DNA of 64,000 nucleotides. It comes from a virus. How positions within the stretch are numbered: the first letter of the stretch is position 1; each line of letters begins with the position of its first letter. Location: IMG/VR virus record IMGVR_UViG_3300031977_002889; one strand, given 5' to 3'. Under the pieces are notes generated by a model. It had not been told where the DNA came from and ran no database searches. It saw only the letters and a program-made list of their open reading frames with translations. The position numbers and the translations under genes were made by a program. Positions 46,888 to 56,164 of the stretch are shown piece by piece.

Positions 46888-47134
46888 CCTTTATTCTTTC
46901 CAACAATTTTTTAACTGTTGGAAATTCTCTCATTGCTAAAATTTCAGGTTCAACAGTTTCCATATGTACAAGATGTATCAATACATCCATCGTTTGTTGT
47001 TCGTGTTCTGTTAAACATTCACGTAATTCCATTAACTCTCGAGGAGTTTCACATTCCCACATCATATCGAGTAATACTACTTGATGATCAGTAAGTCCGT
47101 CTATTCTCATGCAGCCACATCCTTTGGAGAACAA
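46871..47134 (-). CDS. Hypothetical protein (probable start MRIDGLT)
   Basis: ORF in the early operon leading into the tRNAs. Confidence 0.6.
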   Translation of the reverse strand: MFSKGCGCMRIDGLTDHQVVLLDMMWECETPRELMELRECLTEHEQQTMDVLIHLVHMETVEPEILAMREFPTVKKLLERIKDGKST

Positions 47135-47424
47135 GCTTTAGCCTGTTCTACTAGGAACTCACGATAGTCTTCGTCAAGTTCGTTGAGTTCATCTTGCCAC
47201 TCTGCATGAGAGATTACAGCTACCGGAAACTCTTTGTAGAAGATATTGTTCTCGATGAATTTGGCTGCAACGAATGCCATAGCATCTTGTGGACGTGAAA
47301 GATCACTAACGATATAGTCGTGACCACCTTTCATTTTCCAGTATGCATTACCAGAAGCGAAACGACCATCTTCGCTGTGTGCGCCATAGTTTTCAAGAAT
47401 TTGTGTTTTTACTACGAATTGCAT
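47107..47424 (-). CDS. Hypothetical early protein
   Basis: GAGGAG RBS; TQ.LENYGAH...YWK.KGG.DYIV; directly under an early promoter. Confidence 0.75.
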   Translation of the reverse strand: MQFVVKTQILENYGAHSEDGRFASGNAYWKMKGGHDYIVSDLSRPQDAMAFVAAKFIENNIFYKEFPVAVISHAEWQDELNELDEDYREFLVEQAKACSPKDVAA

Positions 47425-47451
47425 ATCAAGTTCTCCTCTTTTGATATATCT

Positions 47452-47480
47452 ATCCTACTACAAGTAAAAAGTAATGTACA
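47452..47480 (-). promoter_or_regulatory. Early promoter, probably driving the tRNA array
   Basis: TGTACA-N17-TAGGAT with upstream A-tracts. Confidence 0.7.
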
Positions 47481-47507
47481 TGCTTTTTTTCATTTTTTTT
47501 CGTTTTT

Positions 47508-47795
47508 TTATAACGAATGACATTCTGCTGGATTTTCTGGCCATTCAACTAGAGTTCTAAAATCTTGATATCCACCAATATGTTTGCCTCGTTCATCATA
47601 AATTTGTGGTACAGTCTTAAATCCATGTTGTTTTAAAAATCTTAAAGCTGTTTCATTTCCATCTATTTTTATTTCTTCGTATTTAATTTCGTGCTTTTCC
47701 ATTAAATCCATTGCTGCATCACAAAAGATACAACCTTTTTTGGAATAAACTCTATACGGCAAAACTTTCTCCACATCCACAAGAGGCAGTCGCAT
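47508..47795 (-). CDS. Glutaredoxin
   Basis: VYSK.GCIFC, KTVPQI, HIGGY. Confidence 0.88.
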   Translation of the reverse strand: MRLPLVDVEKVLPYRVYSKKGCIFCDAAMDLMEKHEIKYEEIKIDGNETALRFLKQHGFKTVPQIYDERGKHIGGYQDFRTLVEWPENPAECHSL

Positions 47796-48036
47796 TAGGA
47801 TTTATTACTTTTAAATACGAACCACCAAGTTCCTCTACATAATCCACAGTACATCCAAATACAAACATTTCTGCTAATGGATCTAGCCATAGATTGGCGA
47901 CAGTGGGTTCTTTATCAGTTGTTCCCCACTCATATTGAAAACCTGAACATCCTCCTCCTTTTACAGAAAGAGATACATTTGGTTTACCTACTTTTTTTAA
48001 ATATTCTTTTGCTGAATCAGTTACTGTTAGCTGCAT
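47752..48036 (-). CDS. A-type Fe-S cluster carrier (IscA/HesB family)
   Basis: GGGCSGFQY and NPNATASCGCGESF. Confidence 0.92.
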   Translation of the reverse strand: MQLTVTDSAKEYLKKVGKPNVSLSVKGGGCSGFQYEWGTTDKEPTVANLWLDPLAEMFVFGCTVDYVEELGGSYLKVINPNATASCGCGESFAV

Positions 48037-48238
48037 CTGTAAGCTCTTTTATTCTTTTTAACAGCTCATATTTATGTTTTTCAAGTTCAGCTACATTTTC
48101 TTTTAACATAGTATTTTCTGATGTTACTGTTAACAAAGCTCTACGCATTTGTTCGAGCTCAGAATTTTCGTGATTATTCCAACCTTCTTTTTGTTCAACC
48201 CTTGGTTTTTCAAGTGGTATTCCGAATGAATATTCCAT
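48017..48238 (-). CDS. Small coiled-coil hypothetical protein
   Basis: 73 aa ORF within the operon. Confidence 0.5.
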   Translation of the reverse strand: MEYSFGIPLEKPRVEQKEGWNNHENSELEQMRRALLTVTSENTMLKENVAELEKHKYELLKRIKELTDAANSN

Positions 48239-48612
48239 TTTTCTAGTAAAACCTCCTGTTTTTCATAAGCTTCGATTTCCCAAGGCAAATTTAAATACTC
48301 TTCACGAGTCTTCCAGAACACAAATTCGGAATACAATTCTTTACGAATGTATTGCTTAACATGTACCATTTCGTGAAATATGCATGTGACAAAGTCTTCA
48401 TAATCTTGAGTCTTATCGATTTGTAACTCGTATTCTCTATCATCGATTTGTTCACATGTACCCTGATAACCATCCATTTTTTTCAAATGGATTTCTATAT
48501 AACAATTATTTATACGAGGAAACAACTCTTTCCAAGCAAATAAAGCGGCCTCTTCTGCAAGCCGCTTTAGTTTTTTATTTCCACCTTCTATTAAGATCAT
48601 GATGCTACACAA
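48130..48612 (-). CDS. HExxH zinc metallopeptidase-like protein
   Basis: FHEMVHVKQY...Y.NLPWEIEAY. Confidence 0.75.
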   Translation of the reverse strand: MCSIMILIEGGNKKLKRLAEEAALFAWKELFPRINNCYIEIHLKKMDGYQGTCEQIDDREYELQIDKTQDYEDFVTCIFHEMVHVKQYIRKELYSEFVFWKTREEYLNLPWEIEAYEKQEVLLEKWNIHSEYHLKNQGLNKKKVGIITKILSSNKCVELC

Positions 48613-48854
48613 GTAGGAATTTGACCTTCACGAGATTGGCCAAGAATGCCAGTGATGTAATCAGCACGCATAGTGTCCATATTGGTGGTACGAATTGAAC
48701 CCCACTTCCAAAGACCACGATCATCGACTTCGTTATAAAGTTGTTTATGACAAATATCAGCTAATTCTCCATCTTTGAATTTTTTCTCAAAGAAATCACC
48801 TTTTGCATTAGTAGCTGTAACCATCCATTTGAATTCCATAACATTCTCCTTCAT
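48597..48854 (-). CDS. Hypothetical early protein (probable start MEFKWM)
   Basis: AGGAG upstream of the internal ATG; under an early promoter. Confidence 0.6.
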   Translation of the reverse strand: MKENVMEFKWMVTATNAKGDFFEKKFKDGELADICHKQLYNEVDDRGLWKWGSIRTTNMDTMRADYITGILGQSREGQIPTCVAS

Positions 48855-48865
48855 TTGATATAACT

Positions 48866-48894
48866 ATCTTACACTATTCAGTAGAGAATGTACA
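48866..48894 (-). promoter_or_regulatory. Early promoter
   Basis: TGTACA-N17-TAAGAT with upstream A-tract. Confidence 0.65.
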
Positions 48895-48935
48895 TGTTTT
48901 TTTTAAAATTCTTTTTGTTTGAAATCAACCACTTA

Positions 48936-49493
48936 TCATTTATTTAGGTTTAAAGTTGCCTCTATTTTTTCTCTGATCACATAGTGCGCGTACATATCAT
49001 TTAACCATGTATGAGCATAAGGTTCAATACCAAATCCAGTCCAATCGAAAGCAATAGAATCTAAATCTATTAAACAATAATTTCCTGGGTGTCTCATAAG
49101 AATGTTATCAATTGAAATGTCAATATGCTTAATTAATTTACCTTTATAAGCAGAATAATTTATAAATGCTGAATTAATATTAGAAACTATTTTTATGCAT
49201 TGTAAAATAGATTTGCCCCAATATGTAATATCACCAGTTTTAAGACATAAATTATGTTGATCGTCAATCCAGTCCCTCATACTTTTTCCAGAATATTTTT
49301 CCATTATTATTTCTTCACCCGGCGTATATGAAATAATAGTTGGTAAAAAATCCATATATTGCGCTAGCTCGAAATAGTTATTAAACCATTCTTGATTATA
49401 ATTTTTTCCATATTTTTTACTAAATTTTTTAATGACTGTATTATCATCACAATATACTGACGATTCTCCTTTCGTTTCTTGTAGTAACTTCAT
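48936..49493 (-). CDS. Protein-kinase-like (APH/RIO/Kdo-kinase-like) phosphotransferase
   Basis: VIKK, IIMEKY.G, H.DIS..NI catalytic loop, LIDLD. Confidence 0.65.
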   Translation of the reverse strand: MKLLQETKGESSVYCDDNTVIKKFSKKYGKNYNQEWFNNYFELAQYMDFLPTIISYTPGEEIIMEKYSGKSMRDWIDDQHNLCLKTGDITYWGKSILQCIKIVSNINSAFINYSAYKGKLIKHIDISIDNILMRHPGNYCLIDLDSIAFDWTGFGIEPYAHTWLNDMYAHYVIREKIEATLNLNK

Positions 49494-50131
49494 TTTTTTA
49501 TTTTTTTCTCATGGACTATAGCTTCAACATTATCACTTACTGGCATTTTAAATCCATTATGAATATGATGAATATTAAATTTTGTCTTATTAAACTCTTT
49601 AAACATACCTGTCCAAATAGGTCTCCAATTTGTAGAGAGTTTATTATTCTGACGAGGATCTCTTACAGAACTCAGATAAAAATCTGAACAACTATTTAAA
49701 TTAAAATCAAACATAGAATCAAATCCCCACATATTGATTTCATCTGCCTTTAATTTATTTGCCGCATAATGTACCGCCATATGGCCACAACTAAAATTTG
49801 TGTACATATTTCCTTGCGTATCGTCTTTATTTACTTTTGCATATGGAGGTAAATTTAAATAAAATTCTTTTACTTGAGAAGCATGTTTCATATAGAAACC
49901 TGGATATTTTTCCATATGAATTTTTGGACGATAGCCTAAAATCCATTGACCTGGTGCTTGTAAAGATCCATCAGTCAATGCTTTCATAAATTTAAAATCA
50001 ACTATGCATGTTGCATAAGCATCTCGCACAGGAAAGGGAGGAAGATTACATGTAAGCTTTAATCCTTTACGAGGTTCTCTTTGATAAAGGCTTGCCCAAT
50101 CTCCGTTACCAATTACATGAACTACTTTCAT
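49490..50131 (-). CDS. Putative glycosyltransferase-like protein
   Basis: VIGNG....CN...D...G..A....I...GFD pattern of sialyltransferase/MAF-like GT-A variants. Confidence 0.5.
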   Translation of the reverse strand: MKVVHVIGNGDWASLYQREPRKGLKLTCNLPPFPVRDAYATCIVDFKFMKALTDGSLQAPGQWILGYRPKIHMEKYPGFYMKHASQVKEFYLNLPPYAKVNKDDTQGNMYTNFSCGHMAVHYAANKLKADEINMWGFDSMFDFNLNSCSDFYLSSVRDPRQNNKLSTNWRPIWTGMFKEFNKTKFNIHHIHNGFKMPVSDNVEAIVHEKKIKK

Positions 50132-50403
50132 TATTTTCTTCTATTCCTTGATTGCCTTAATTCGTGCCGCCAATCGGATTCTTTTTGAGATTGTTTTTCC
50201 CACCAATCATCATCATAACCTTCTGCATAATATCTTAATCTTCTATCCATCTTTTTTGCCATACCATAAGCCTCTTCTAAACGCTTAATAATATCTTTAC
50301 GATCTGGCATTTCTTCAGCAATAATATCATATATTTCTCTGTGTACTTCACATATAGTTCGCAGTCCTCTTACAGCACTATGAGAGGTGTCTTTTATACT
50401 CAT
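50131..50403 (-). CDS. Hypothetical protein
   Basis: 90 aa coupled ORF. Confidence 0.6.
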   Translation of the reverse strand: MSIKDTSHSAVRGLRTICEVHREIYDIIAEEMPDRKDIIKRLEEAYGMAKKMDRRLRYYAEGYDDDWWEKQSQKESDWRHELRQSRNRRK

Positions 50404-50405
50404 TT

Positions 50406-51017
50406 TTACAAACTCCCTGCTATTAGTTTTTTTATATGAATATTACCTTTATAACCAGTCCAATGATGAATCAAAGGATTAGGCGGTACAGTATTATCTA
50501 AATGGTCTATTCGCAAAACATTAAATCGTCTTGGAATATCAGAAATATATATCATCCTCTTCAAATCATCTTTTAACATATAATGTAATGTTTCTTGATC
50601 GCCTTGTATGGGGCTTTGTTCTACTGCGATACTCCAATCTTTTAAAACTTGAATTGGTCCTTGAATCCCAACCACACCAGAATTATGCCACATTTCTCCT
50701 GATCTTGTGGACCATGGAAGATCTTGACACATTGCCAATTTATTTGGCTCAATGTATTTCCATATTGTATCTAAATTACCAAGTACTTCACAATCTGTAT
50801 CTAACCATACAACTTGATCTGCAAGTGATGTTGCATCTAACATTGCTGATGGTTTCTTAAACCAACCCTTGGCAAGTGGATTAAATTCATCAAAATCGTA
50901 GATCTTAATTGGTATATCATTCCATTTTTTAAAATTTTCAAGGAACCATGGCAACTGCCAACGAGTTCGATGATCACAACCAGTAATAAAAAGTTTAGAT
51001 AATTTCGTATTGCTCAT
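50406..51017 (-). CDS. GT8-like glycosyltransferase
   Basis: WFKKP, WLDTD, NSGVV, GDQE.L, HWTG. Confidence 0.78.
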   Translation of the reverse strand: MSNTKLSKLFITGCDHRTRWQLPWFLENFKKWNDIPIKIYDFDEFNPLAKGWFKKPSAMLDATSLADQVVWLDTDCEVLGNLDTIWKYIEPNKLAMCQDLPWSTRSGEMWHNSGVVGIQGPIQVLKDWSIAVEQSPIQGDQETLHYMLKDDLKRMIYISDIPRRFNVLRIDHLDNTVPPNPLIHHWTGYKGNIHIKKLIAGSL

Positions 51018-51642
51018 TATAATTATGTTTCGCTAAGCATCCCGTTTCATTTTGAATTGTGGTAAAACTATCTTGACATTCTACTGGCCAAGGATATTTT
51101 TCTTGTAAACCTGGAAATGTATGAATATTCAAAAATACATCTGTAGGTCTTGCATTACGTTTAGCTTCATAAACTAATTGTTCTGCGCCTTTTGGTGAAA
51201 CGCAATACGCATGAGCACCTGGAAAATATGCTTTCGAAGTCAATGGACCTTCACCAATTCTTGGCATATTATATTTACCATACGACGGAGAACCAAGATT
51301 CATAGCAACAACGGGCTGTAATTGACTGTTAATATTATTAACAATAACTGCATCGTGTTCAAAGATAAAAAATGTTTTATAGGATTCGGCACATTGTTTC
51401 CATAATGTATAATGAGATAAGAATGCTGCAATACAATTAGGAGTACGAGAATATCGTTCTATAAATCCACGTTTATCGATACCTTCTTTTGTAAGAATGC
51501 CAGCCAAATCATCTTTAGGTGTAATAGCTGGAAACATTTCGATGTTTATACCGCCATATCTTTGGCCAGATTCAATACATCGTTCAGCTGCTGCGACCGA
51601 CTTTGGATTATCCATAATTGTGATTACAAAATTATTATTCAT
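50995..51642 (-). CDS. GT25-like glycosyltransferase
   Basis: F.AITP, FLSHY.LW..C, IFEHDA, GAHAY.VSP.GA..L. Confidence 0.78.
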   Translation of the reverse strand: MNNNFVITIMDNPKSVAAAERCIESGQRYGGINIEMFPAITPKDDLAGILTKEGIDKRGFIERYSRTPNCIAAFLSHYTLWKQCAESYKTFFIFEHDAVIVNNINSQLQPVVAMNLGSPSYGKYNMPRIGEGPLTSKAYFPGAHAYCVSPKGAEQLVYEAKRNARPTDVFLNIHTFPGLQEKYPWPVECQDSFTTIQNETGCLAKHNYNEQYEII

Positions 51643-51860
51643 TATCCACCTACGTATATGTCATTTTTAGGTCTGTACCAATGTTTTTGATGATGTATTC
51701 TTCCAAGTAAATTTTGAATTTCGTGCATTTCTTCTTTCAGTTTTTCTGATGTATCACCACTTGCAATTGCGATACCTCTTCGACCAGCTTTAGCTCGTAA
51801 TGCGTGTTCGATTATTTCTATATCTCGTACTGATAAAGTAAAGCTTGTGTTTGGTTTCAT
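51642..51860 (-). CDS. Hypothetical protein
   Basis: 72 aa coupled ORF. Confidence 0.6.
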   Translation of the reverse strand: MKPNTSFTLSVRDIEIIEHALRAKAGRRGIAIASGDTSEKLKEEMHEIQNLLGRIHHQKHWYRPKNDIYVGG

Positions 51861-52552
51861 GTGGTTGTTGATGGAAGTCCTTGAACTCTCGTATAAAATT
51901 TACGAGTAACTCCCATTCCTTTCACTAATTGTTTACACATTAAAGCATCATTTGGCCATAACCCATATTTCTTTACTAACTTCAACAGTTGTTTTGCTCC
52001 ATCTGGTTTAATTATGTATGCTGAATTACCAGCTAAACCTTGTGGAACATTTACAGAATCAACTGTAGGAACTGGAACAATATTGTCTTTTCCTTTACTT
52101 GCAATTTCCATAAATTCACGTGCTTTTCTTGTGGCGTATAAAGGATTATTAATACCAATAATTTGATGATTAGACCACAAAATCTGCTCATCTAATTTAT
52201 TAATAAAAACTGCATCGTGTTCTAAAATAAGAAATGGTTTTGCAGCTCCTGCACATTGTCTCCAAAGTTTATAATGACTTAAAGCACACGCCATTCTTGC
52301 AGCAGGATTTGATGTACGATATGCTGTTTTTTTCAAACCAGTGGTAATGTCAAATACTTCACCTTGCCATGGATAATTCCATTGTATCATATAATCGATA
52401 AGATTGACACCAACTTCATCAGGAGTTACTGCATCAAATTTATCAATTCTAATATCATTTTCTAATGTTTTTGATGAATGAATACATATTTCAGCACCTT
52501 TTTCTGAAATTTCATTATCTTTTATTCGTATAACTCTTGCTTCAATATCCAT
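51857..52552 (-). CDS. GT25-like glycosyltransferase
   Basis: FDAVTP, CALSHY.LW, ILEHDA, GNSAYIIKP.GA..L. Confidence 0.8.
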   Translation of the reverse strand: MDIEARVIRIKDNEISEKGAEICIHSSKTLENDIRIDKFDAVTPDEVGVNLIDYMIQWNYPWQGEVFDITTGLKKTAYRTSNPAARMACALSHYKLWRQCAGAAKPFLILEHDAVFINKLDEQILWSNHQIIGINNPLYATRKAREFMEIASKGKDNIVPVPTVDSVNVPQGLAGNSAYIIKPDGAKQLLKLVKKYGLWPNDALMCKQLVKGMGVTRKFYTRVQGLPSTTT

Positions 52553-53210
52553 GTGACATATTCAAATTTGGTGACTTAAAGGTAAAATATTCTGGAACTA
52601 TGTATTCTAATTGTACATTATAACTATTAATAAAGAAATCACTTTGTTCCCATCCATATGTTCTAAGAGTATCAAGTAATCTTTGAGCACCTTGAGGTGT
52701 AATAGCATAAGCACCAGTTCCTGGCATCATAGCTGCACCTTTCCATTGATTATTATGTCTGTATATAAGAGGAGTATCTCCATATTGTAAACAACCAAAT
52801 CCGAGCCATGGTTTATTTTGTACATGGTCGAATACCGGTTGTTTGAAGGCAGATTCAGCATTTAAAATAAGAATTTCTTTGAATGCTGTTTGATTCCATT
52901 TACGAATATTTCCTACGTCTTGTTCTAAAAATGCTACAGGCTCATTTAGTTCTATACATTTTTCCCAAACACGAACATGATTTGTAAAGCATGCTTTTTT
53001 AGCATTATACGTTTTAGTATTTTGTCTTTTAAAATCTTGAATACGAGCACCTTCAGCATCAGGATATTCTTCATATTCAGATAAAGTCTCAGGTGTAACA
53101 CCTTCTAAAAGTTCAGCATCAAATCCAGACTGATAACAACTTGCTCTACATTTTTCTGCTTGCTTTTCTGATTCTTTATGACCTTTTACATATATTACAA
53201 ATGATTTCAT
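52542..53210 (-). CDS. GT25-like glycosyltransferase
   Basis: GVTP, CF.NH..VW.KC, FLEQD, GT.AYAITP.GA..L. Confidence 0.75.
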   Translation of the reverse strand: MKSFVIYVKGHKESEKQAEKCRASCYQSGFDAELLEGVTPETLSEYEEYPDAEGARIQDFKRQNTKTYNAKKACFTNHVRVWEKCIELNEPVAFLEQDVGNIRKWNQTAFKEILILNAESAFKQPVFDHVQNKPWLGFGCLQYGDTPLIYRHNNQWKGAAMMPGTGAYAITPQGAQRLLDTLRTYGWEQSDFFINSYNVQLEYIVPEYFTFKSPNLNMSHGY

Positions 53211-53776
53211 ACTTTAATCTCATATTGATTATTATAAAAATTATTTAAATCAACTTTATATTCTTCTACAAATCGATCAACCCCTTTAACAACGCCTTTT
53301 TTATTTCCGTAATCATCACCAAAAATAATACCACCGCCATGAGAAGTAAGATGTTTATATGTGTTTACAAGGTCTTCATAAACCCCGTCTTCATCATGTG
53401 CAGCATCAACATAAAACCAATCAACCTTTTCATCAAACATACGAAAAAAACGTTTTGTATCCATTCTCCAAATTTGAACGTTTAATTTTTGTTGAAATCT
53501 TTGACAAACACTTTCATATATTTGATCGTAATAATTCATAAATTCTTTTGGTGTATTTCCACCAGTAATACCAGAATAACGTTTTAAATAATCTTCATAT
53601 GATTCTAAATGTTTATAAGGTTCAACACTCCACGAATCAACTAAATGAAGCTTTCGAGTTTTTTGAGACATTAGCTCAGAGCTATCACCTTTCCATACAC
53701 CAAGTTCTACTCCTACAGAATAATTTGGCATCCGTTTAATTGTTTCATGAATATTTCTATTCGTACCTATCATCAT
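53207..53776 (-). CDS. Class I SAM-dependent methyltransferase
   Basis: VELGVWKG.S, VDSW, D..YVDAAH, GG.I.GDDY. Confidence 0.82.
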   Translation of the reverse strand: MMIGTNRNIHETIKRMPNYSVGVELGVWKGDSSELMSQKTRKLHLVDSWSVEPYKHLESYEDYLKRYSGITGGNTPKEFMNYYDQIYESVCQRFQQKLNVQIWRMDTKRFFRMFDEKVDWFYVDAAHDEDGVYEDLVNTYKHLTSHGGGIIFGDDYGNKKGVVKGVDRFVEEYKVDLNNFYNNQYEIKV

Positions 53777-54564
53777 TGGACAAGTTCCATCAATCTTTCC
53801 ACATCTTCACCTCTTTTTGGTAATTTATCTTTCAAAAAGAAATGGACGAAATGTGCTTGTTTAATACTATTCATATCTATACCAGTGAAAAGACCATTCC
53901 ATTTCCAATCAAGATCTTTGATTCTCATTCTTTCTTCTTTAATCCATACATTTAATAATGTCTGATCTGTAGACCATTTCCATGCACCCATGCCATCAAC
54001 GAATGGTTTAAATTGTGGACGTCTTAAAAATTGATGAGGTGTTTCTCCATTTAAATATTTAGAGAATCGTTTATTCAAAACCATCATTCCCATATTATAA
54101 AAATCTGCACCAGCTTTATGTTTAAAATCAAAAAGCTTATTGATTGGACTCATACCATATTGCATACGACTATAGTTCGCAATCTTACGATCGTATTGTG
54201 GAGTAATAGGCATTTGTCTTTCCATAACAAATCCAGCATCATACTCATCAGTTAAGTCTTCAAAAATATTTGGTGCATCTGGACGAATCCAAATATCTGC
54301 ATCAATAATTGCGATCTGATCATATTTTGGGAAATAAGTAAAAGCATTTTCTTTTTCAAAGATTGGTAGATAACCACCATGCTTTTCATATGATTCTTTA
54401 CTGCGATTTGTAGAGAATACATCTGGTTTAATTCTTAAAATAGGATGACGTTGGACCTCATGATCGATACCGTATTTTTTACAATATTCTGTCACTGATT
54501 GTGTACAATGATCGTAAAGACGTGAACGAGATCCAACGTATACTTGATAAATCAACCGTTTCAT
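53773..54564 (-). CDS. GT-A (GT8-like) glycosyltransferase
   Basis: IIDADI, N.GMMV, DQTLLN, WN, FVHF. Confidence 0.78.
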   Translation of the reverse strand: MKRLIYQVYVGSRSRLYDHCTQSVTEYCKKYGIDHEVQRHPILRIKPDVFSTNRSKESYEKHGGYLPIFEKENAFTYFPKYDQIAIIDADIWIRPDAPNIFEDLTDEYDAGFVMERQMPITPQYDRKIANYSRMQYGMSPINKLFDFKHKAGADFYNMGMMVLNKRFSKYLNGETPHQFLRRPQFKPFVDGMGAWKWSTDQTLLNVWIKEERMRIKDLDWKWNGLFTGIDMNSIKQAHFVHFFLKDKLPKRGEDVERLMELVQ

Positions 54565-54581
54565 AACAAAACCTTTTTAAA

Positions 54582-54884
54582 TTAGCGGCCTCCGCCACCT
54601 TTGTTCATCCATGCTGACATGCCCATGAATGCACCAACAACACCCGCTTGGGCAATATAAAAGAGTCCAAGTAAATCAGCAAGTGCTGCTACTCGAGATT
54701 CTTTTACTAATGGTGTAAATAACAATAGTGTAAACACCACCATTGAAGCAATAGCTGACCATGCCATATATCTTTGTTGTAGCTGTTTTCTATCAGCCCT
54801 CTCTATTTCAGAGAGATCTTTCAATCTTGCCATTTCTTCATCACTTAACTCATGACTTCTTTCTATGTCCTCTTTGTCCACCAT
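54582..54884 (-). CDS. Small two-helix membrane protein (holin-like candidate)
   Basis: Start MVDKEDIE with AGGAG RBS; two hydrophobic segments. Confidence 0.6.
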   Translation of the reverse strand: MVDKEDIERSHELSDEEMARLKDLSEIERADRKQLQQRYMAWSAIASMVVFTLLLFTPLVKESRVAALADLLGLFYIAQAGVVGAFMGMSAWMNKGGGGR

Positions 54885-55074
54885 AATAGTACTCCTTAAT
54901 GATGGTAGCAATTTCTTTAGCTTCACCATAACCATTACGAAGACGATTTGATTTGTGGCCATTTTTTAAGAACCACATAATACTATCTATATCAGATTCC
55001 CGCGATGGTAGCGAGAACCGATCTACTAGCATTTCGTATTTATACCTTAAAGCGAGAACTTCGAATAAAGTCAA
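54850..55074 (-). CDS. Hypothetical protein (TTG start)
   Basis: GGAGG RBS before TTG at 55074; C-terminal part of listed ORF 54850..55191. Confidence 0.55.
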   Translation of the reverse strand: MTLFEVLALRYKYEMLVDRFSLPSRESDIDSIMWFLKNGHKSNRLRNGYGEAKEIATIIKEYYYGGQRGHRKKS

Positions 55075-55570
55075 GTGCTTCCTCCATTTTAGGGAATAGA
55101 TAATCTTCAAGATCGTCTTCATTAGCTTGATATCGAATACCGATACCACCAGCTTGATTCCAACGAGCGATGTTTGTAGGTTTATCGTCAATCAAAATAT
55201 TAGGACTACCATCATAAGTATTTGTGGCATAACGTTCTTTTTGACCTGTAAAAATACAATTACGAACTTCGGGCATCCAAAGATGAGATTCTAACCAACG
55301 ACGTTTCCAATAAGAAGAGTTTGCAAAATCTCCACGTAAAGGAGAAGAACAGATTCCGTATCCTAAACTGCCAACTTCATCATGAACTTTTTCGATAAGT
55401 TTACCAGCAGTAACAAAAGGCAAAAGATCATAGAAAAAGCTTGTATTACGAAGATTCGTAATTGATTCTTCTATATCTAATTCTTTCCAATGCTGAACAT
55501 TGTAATAATCTTCAAGACCGCCAAAGAAATCGGCGATCACTCCATCCATATCTAAGTAGATAATGCTCAT
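55040..55570 (-). CDS. HAD-family 5'(3')-deoxyribonucleotidase (NT5C-like)
   Basis: YLDMDGVIADF, SSP, K..W, LIDD...NI..W...GG.GI. Confidence 0.85.
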   Translation of the reverse strand: MSIIYLDMDGVIADFFGGLEDYYNVQHWKELDIEESITNLRNTSFFYDLLPFVTAGKLIEKVHDEVGSLGYGICSSPLRGDFANSSYWKRRWLESHLWMPEVRNCIFTGQKERYATNTYDGSPNILIDDKPTNIARWNQAGGIGIRYQANEDDLEDYLFPKMEEALDFIRSSRFKV

Positions 55571-55595
55571 GTATTCTCCTTTTTAATTATAGTAT

Positions 55596-55624
55596 ATTCT
55601 ACCATATATTGGAGGCAATGTACA
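55596..55624 (-). promoter_or_regulatory. Early promoter heading the nucleotidase/glycosyltransferase operon
   Basis: TGTACA-N17-TAGAAT with TG extension. Confidence 0.72.
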
Positions 55625-55659
55625 TGTTTTTTTCTGATTTTAGATGAAAAAATACAGGG

Positions 55660-55723
55660 TTTACAAAATACCCAAATGTGGTATAATTAACTGTAGTTAG
55701 GGGAGAGGAGAGGTAACCTCTAA
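55660..55723 (+). ncRNA. Antisense-oriented promoter plus purine-loop hairpin, copy 2
   Basis: TTTACA-N16-TATAAT, identical AATTAACTGTAGTTAGG core, hairpin TTAGGGG/CCTCTAA with loop AGAGGAGAGGTAA. Confidence 0.55.
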
Positions 55724-56164
55724 AATAATTTGTATAATTTCCCGACCCGTTTTTGATTTTTTAATTTTTTGTCTAACTTTTTTATCTTTAGTATAGTCTC
55801 TTACGAATAGAAGAGCGTCCAATTTTATTTTAAATAAGTCTGGTTGCTCAATGTCATCATTAAACATTTTTGCAAAAAAATTCAAAAATGGATTTTCTGT
55901 TTTTTTCTCGTATCCTTCTGCTTCAGCAAATCTTTTTGCAATCGATTTATTTCGAATAGTCGCGGTTTCTAATCTTTCGGTTGTATTTAAATGTATATCT
56001 GTTAATGAAACATATTCTAAAAGTTTATTAAATTTTCTAGTCCCTACTAATATATTTTCAACACGAGTACCGTCTTCGCTATTAATATAAACTGATACTT
56101 GTGTTTTTGTATCATTCGTAAAATACGCATTTATAATTATTTCGTGTTCATCAATCATTACCAT
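55697..56164 (-). CDS. Hypothetical protein, short paralog of 62860..63921
   Basis: C-terminal LFKIKLD.L......KK...KIKKSK...II..IL matches LFKSKLE.L......K....KVRKAK....LI..VL. Confidence 0.65.
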   Translation of the reverse strand: MVMIDEHEIIINAYFTNDTKTQVSVYINSEDGTRVENILVGTRKFNKLLEYVSLTDIHLNTTERLETATIRNKSIAKRFAEAEGYEKKTENPFLNFFAKMFNDDIEQPDLFKIKLDALLFVRDYTKDKKVRQKIKKSKTGREIIQIILEVTSPLP

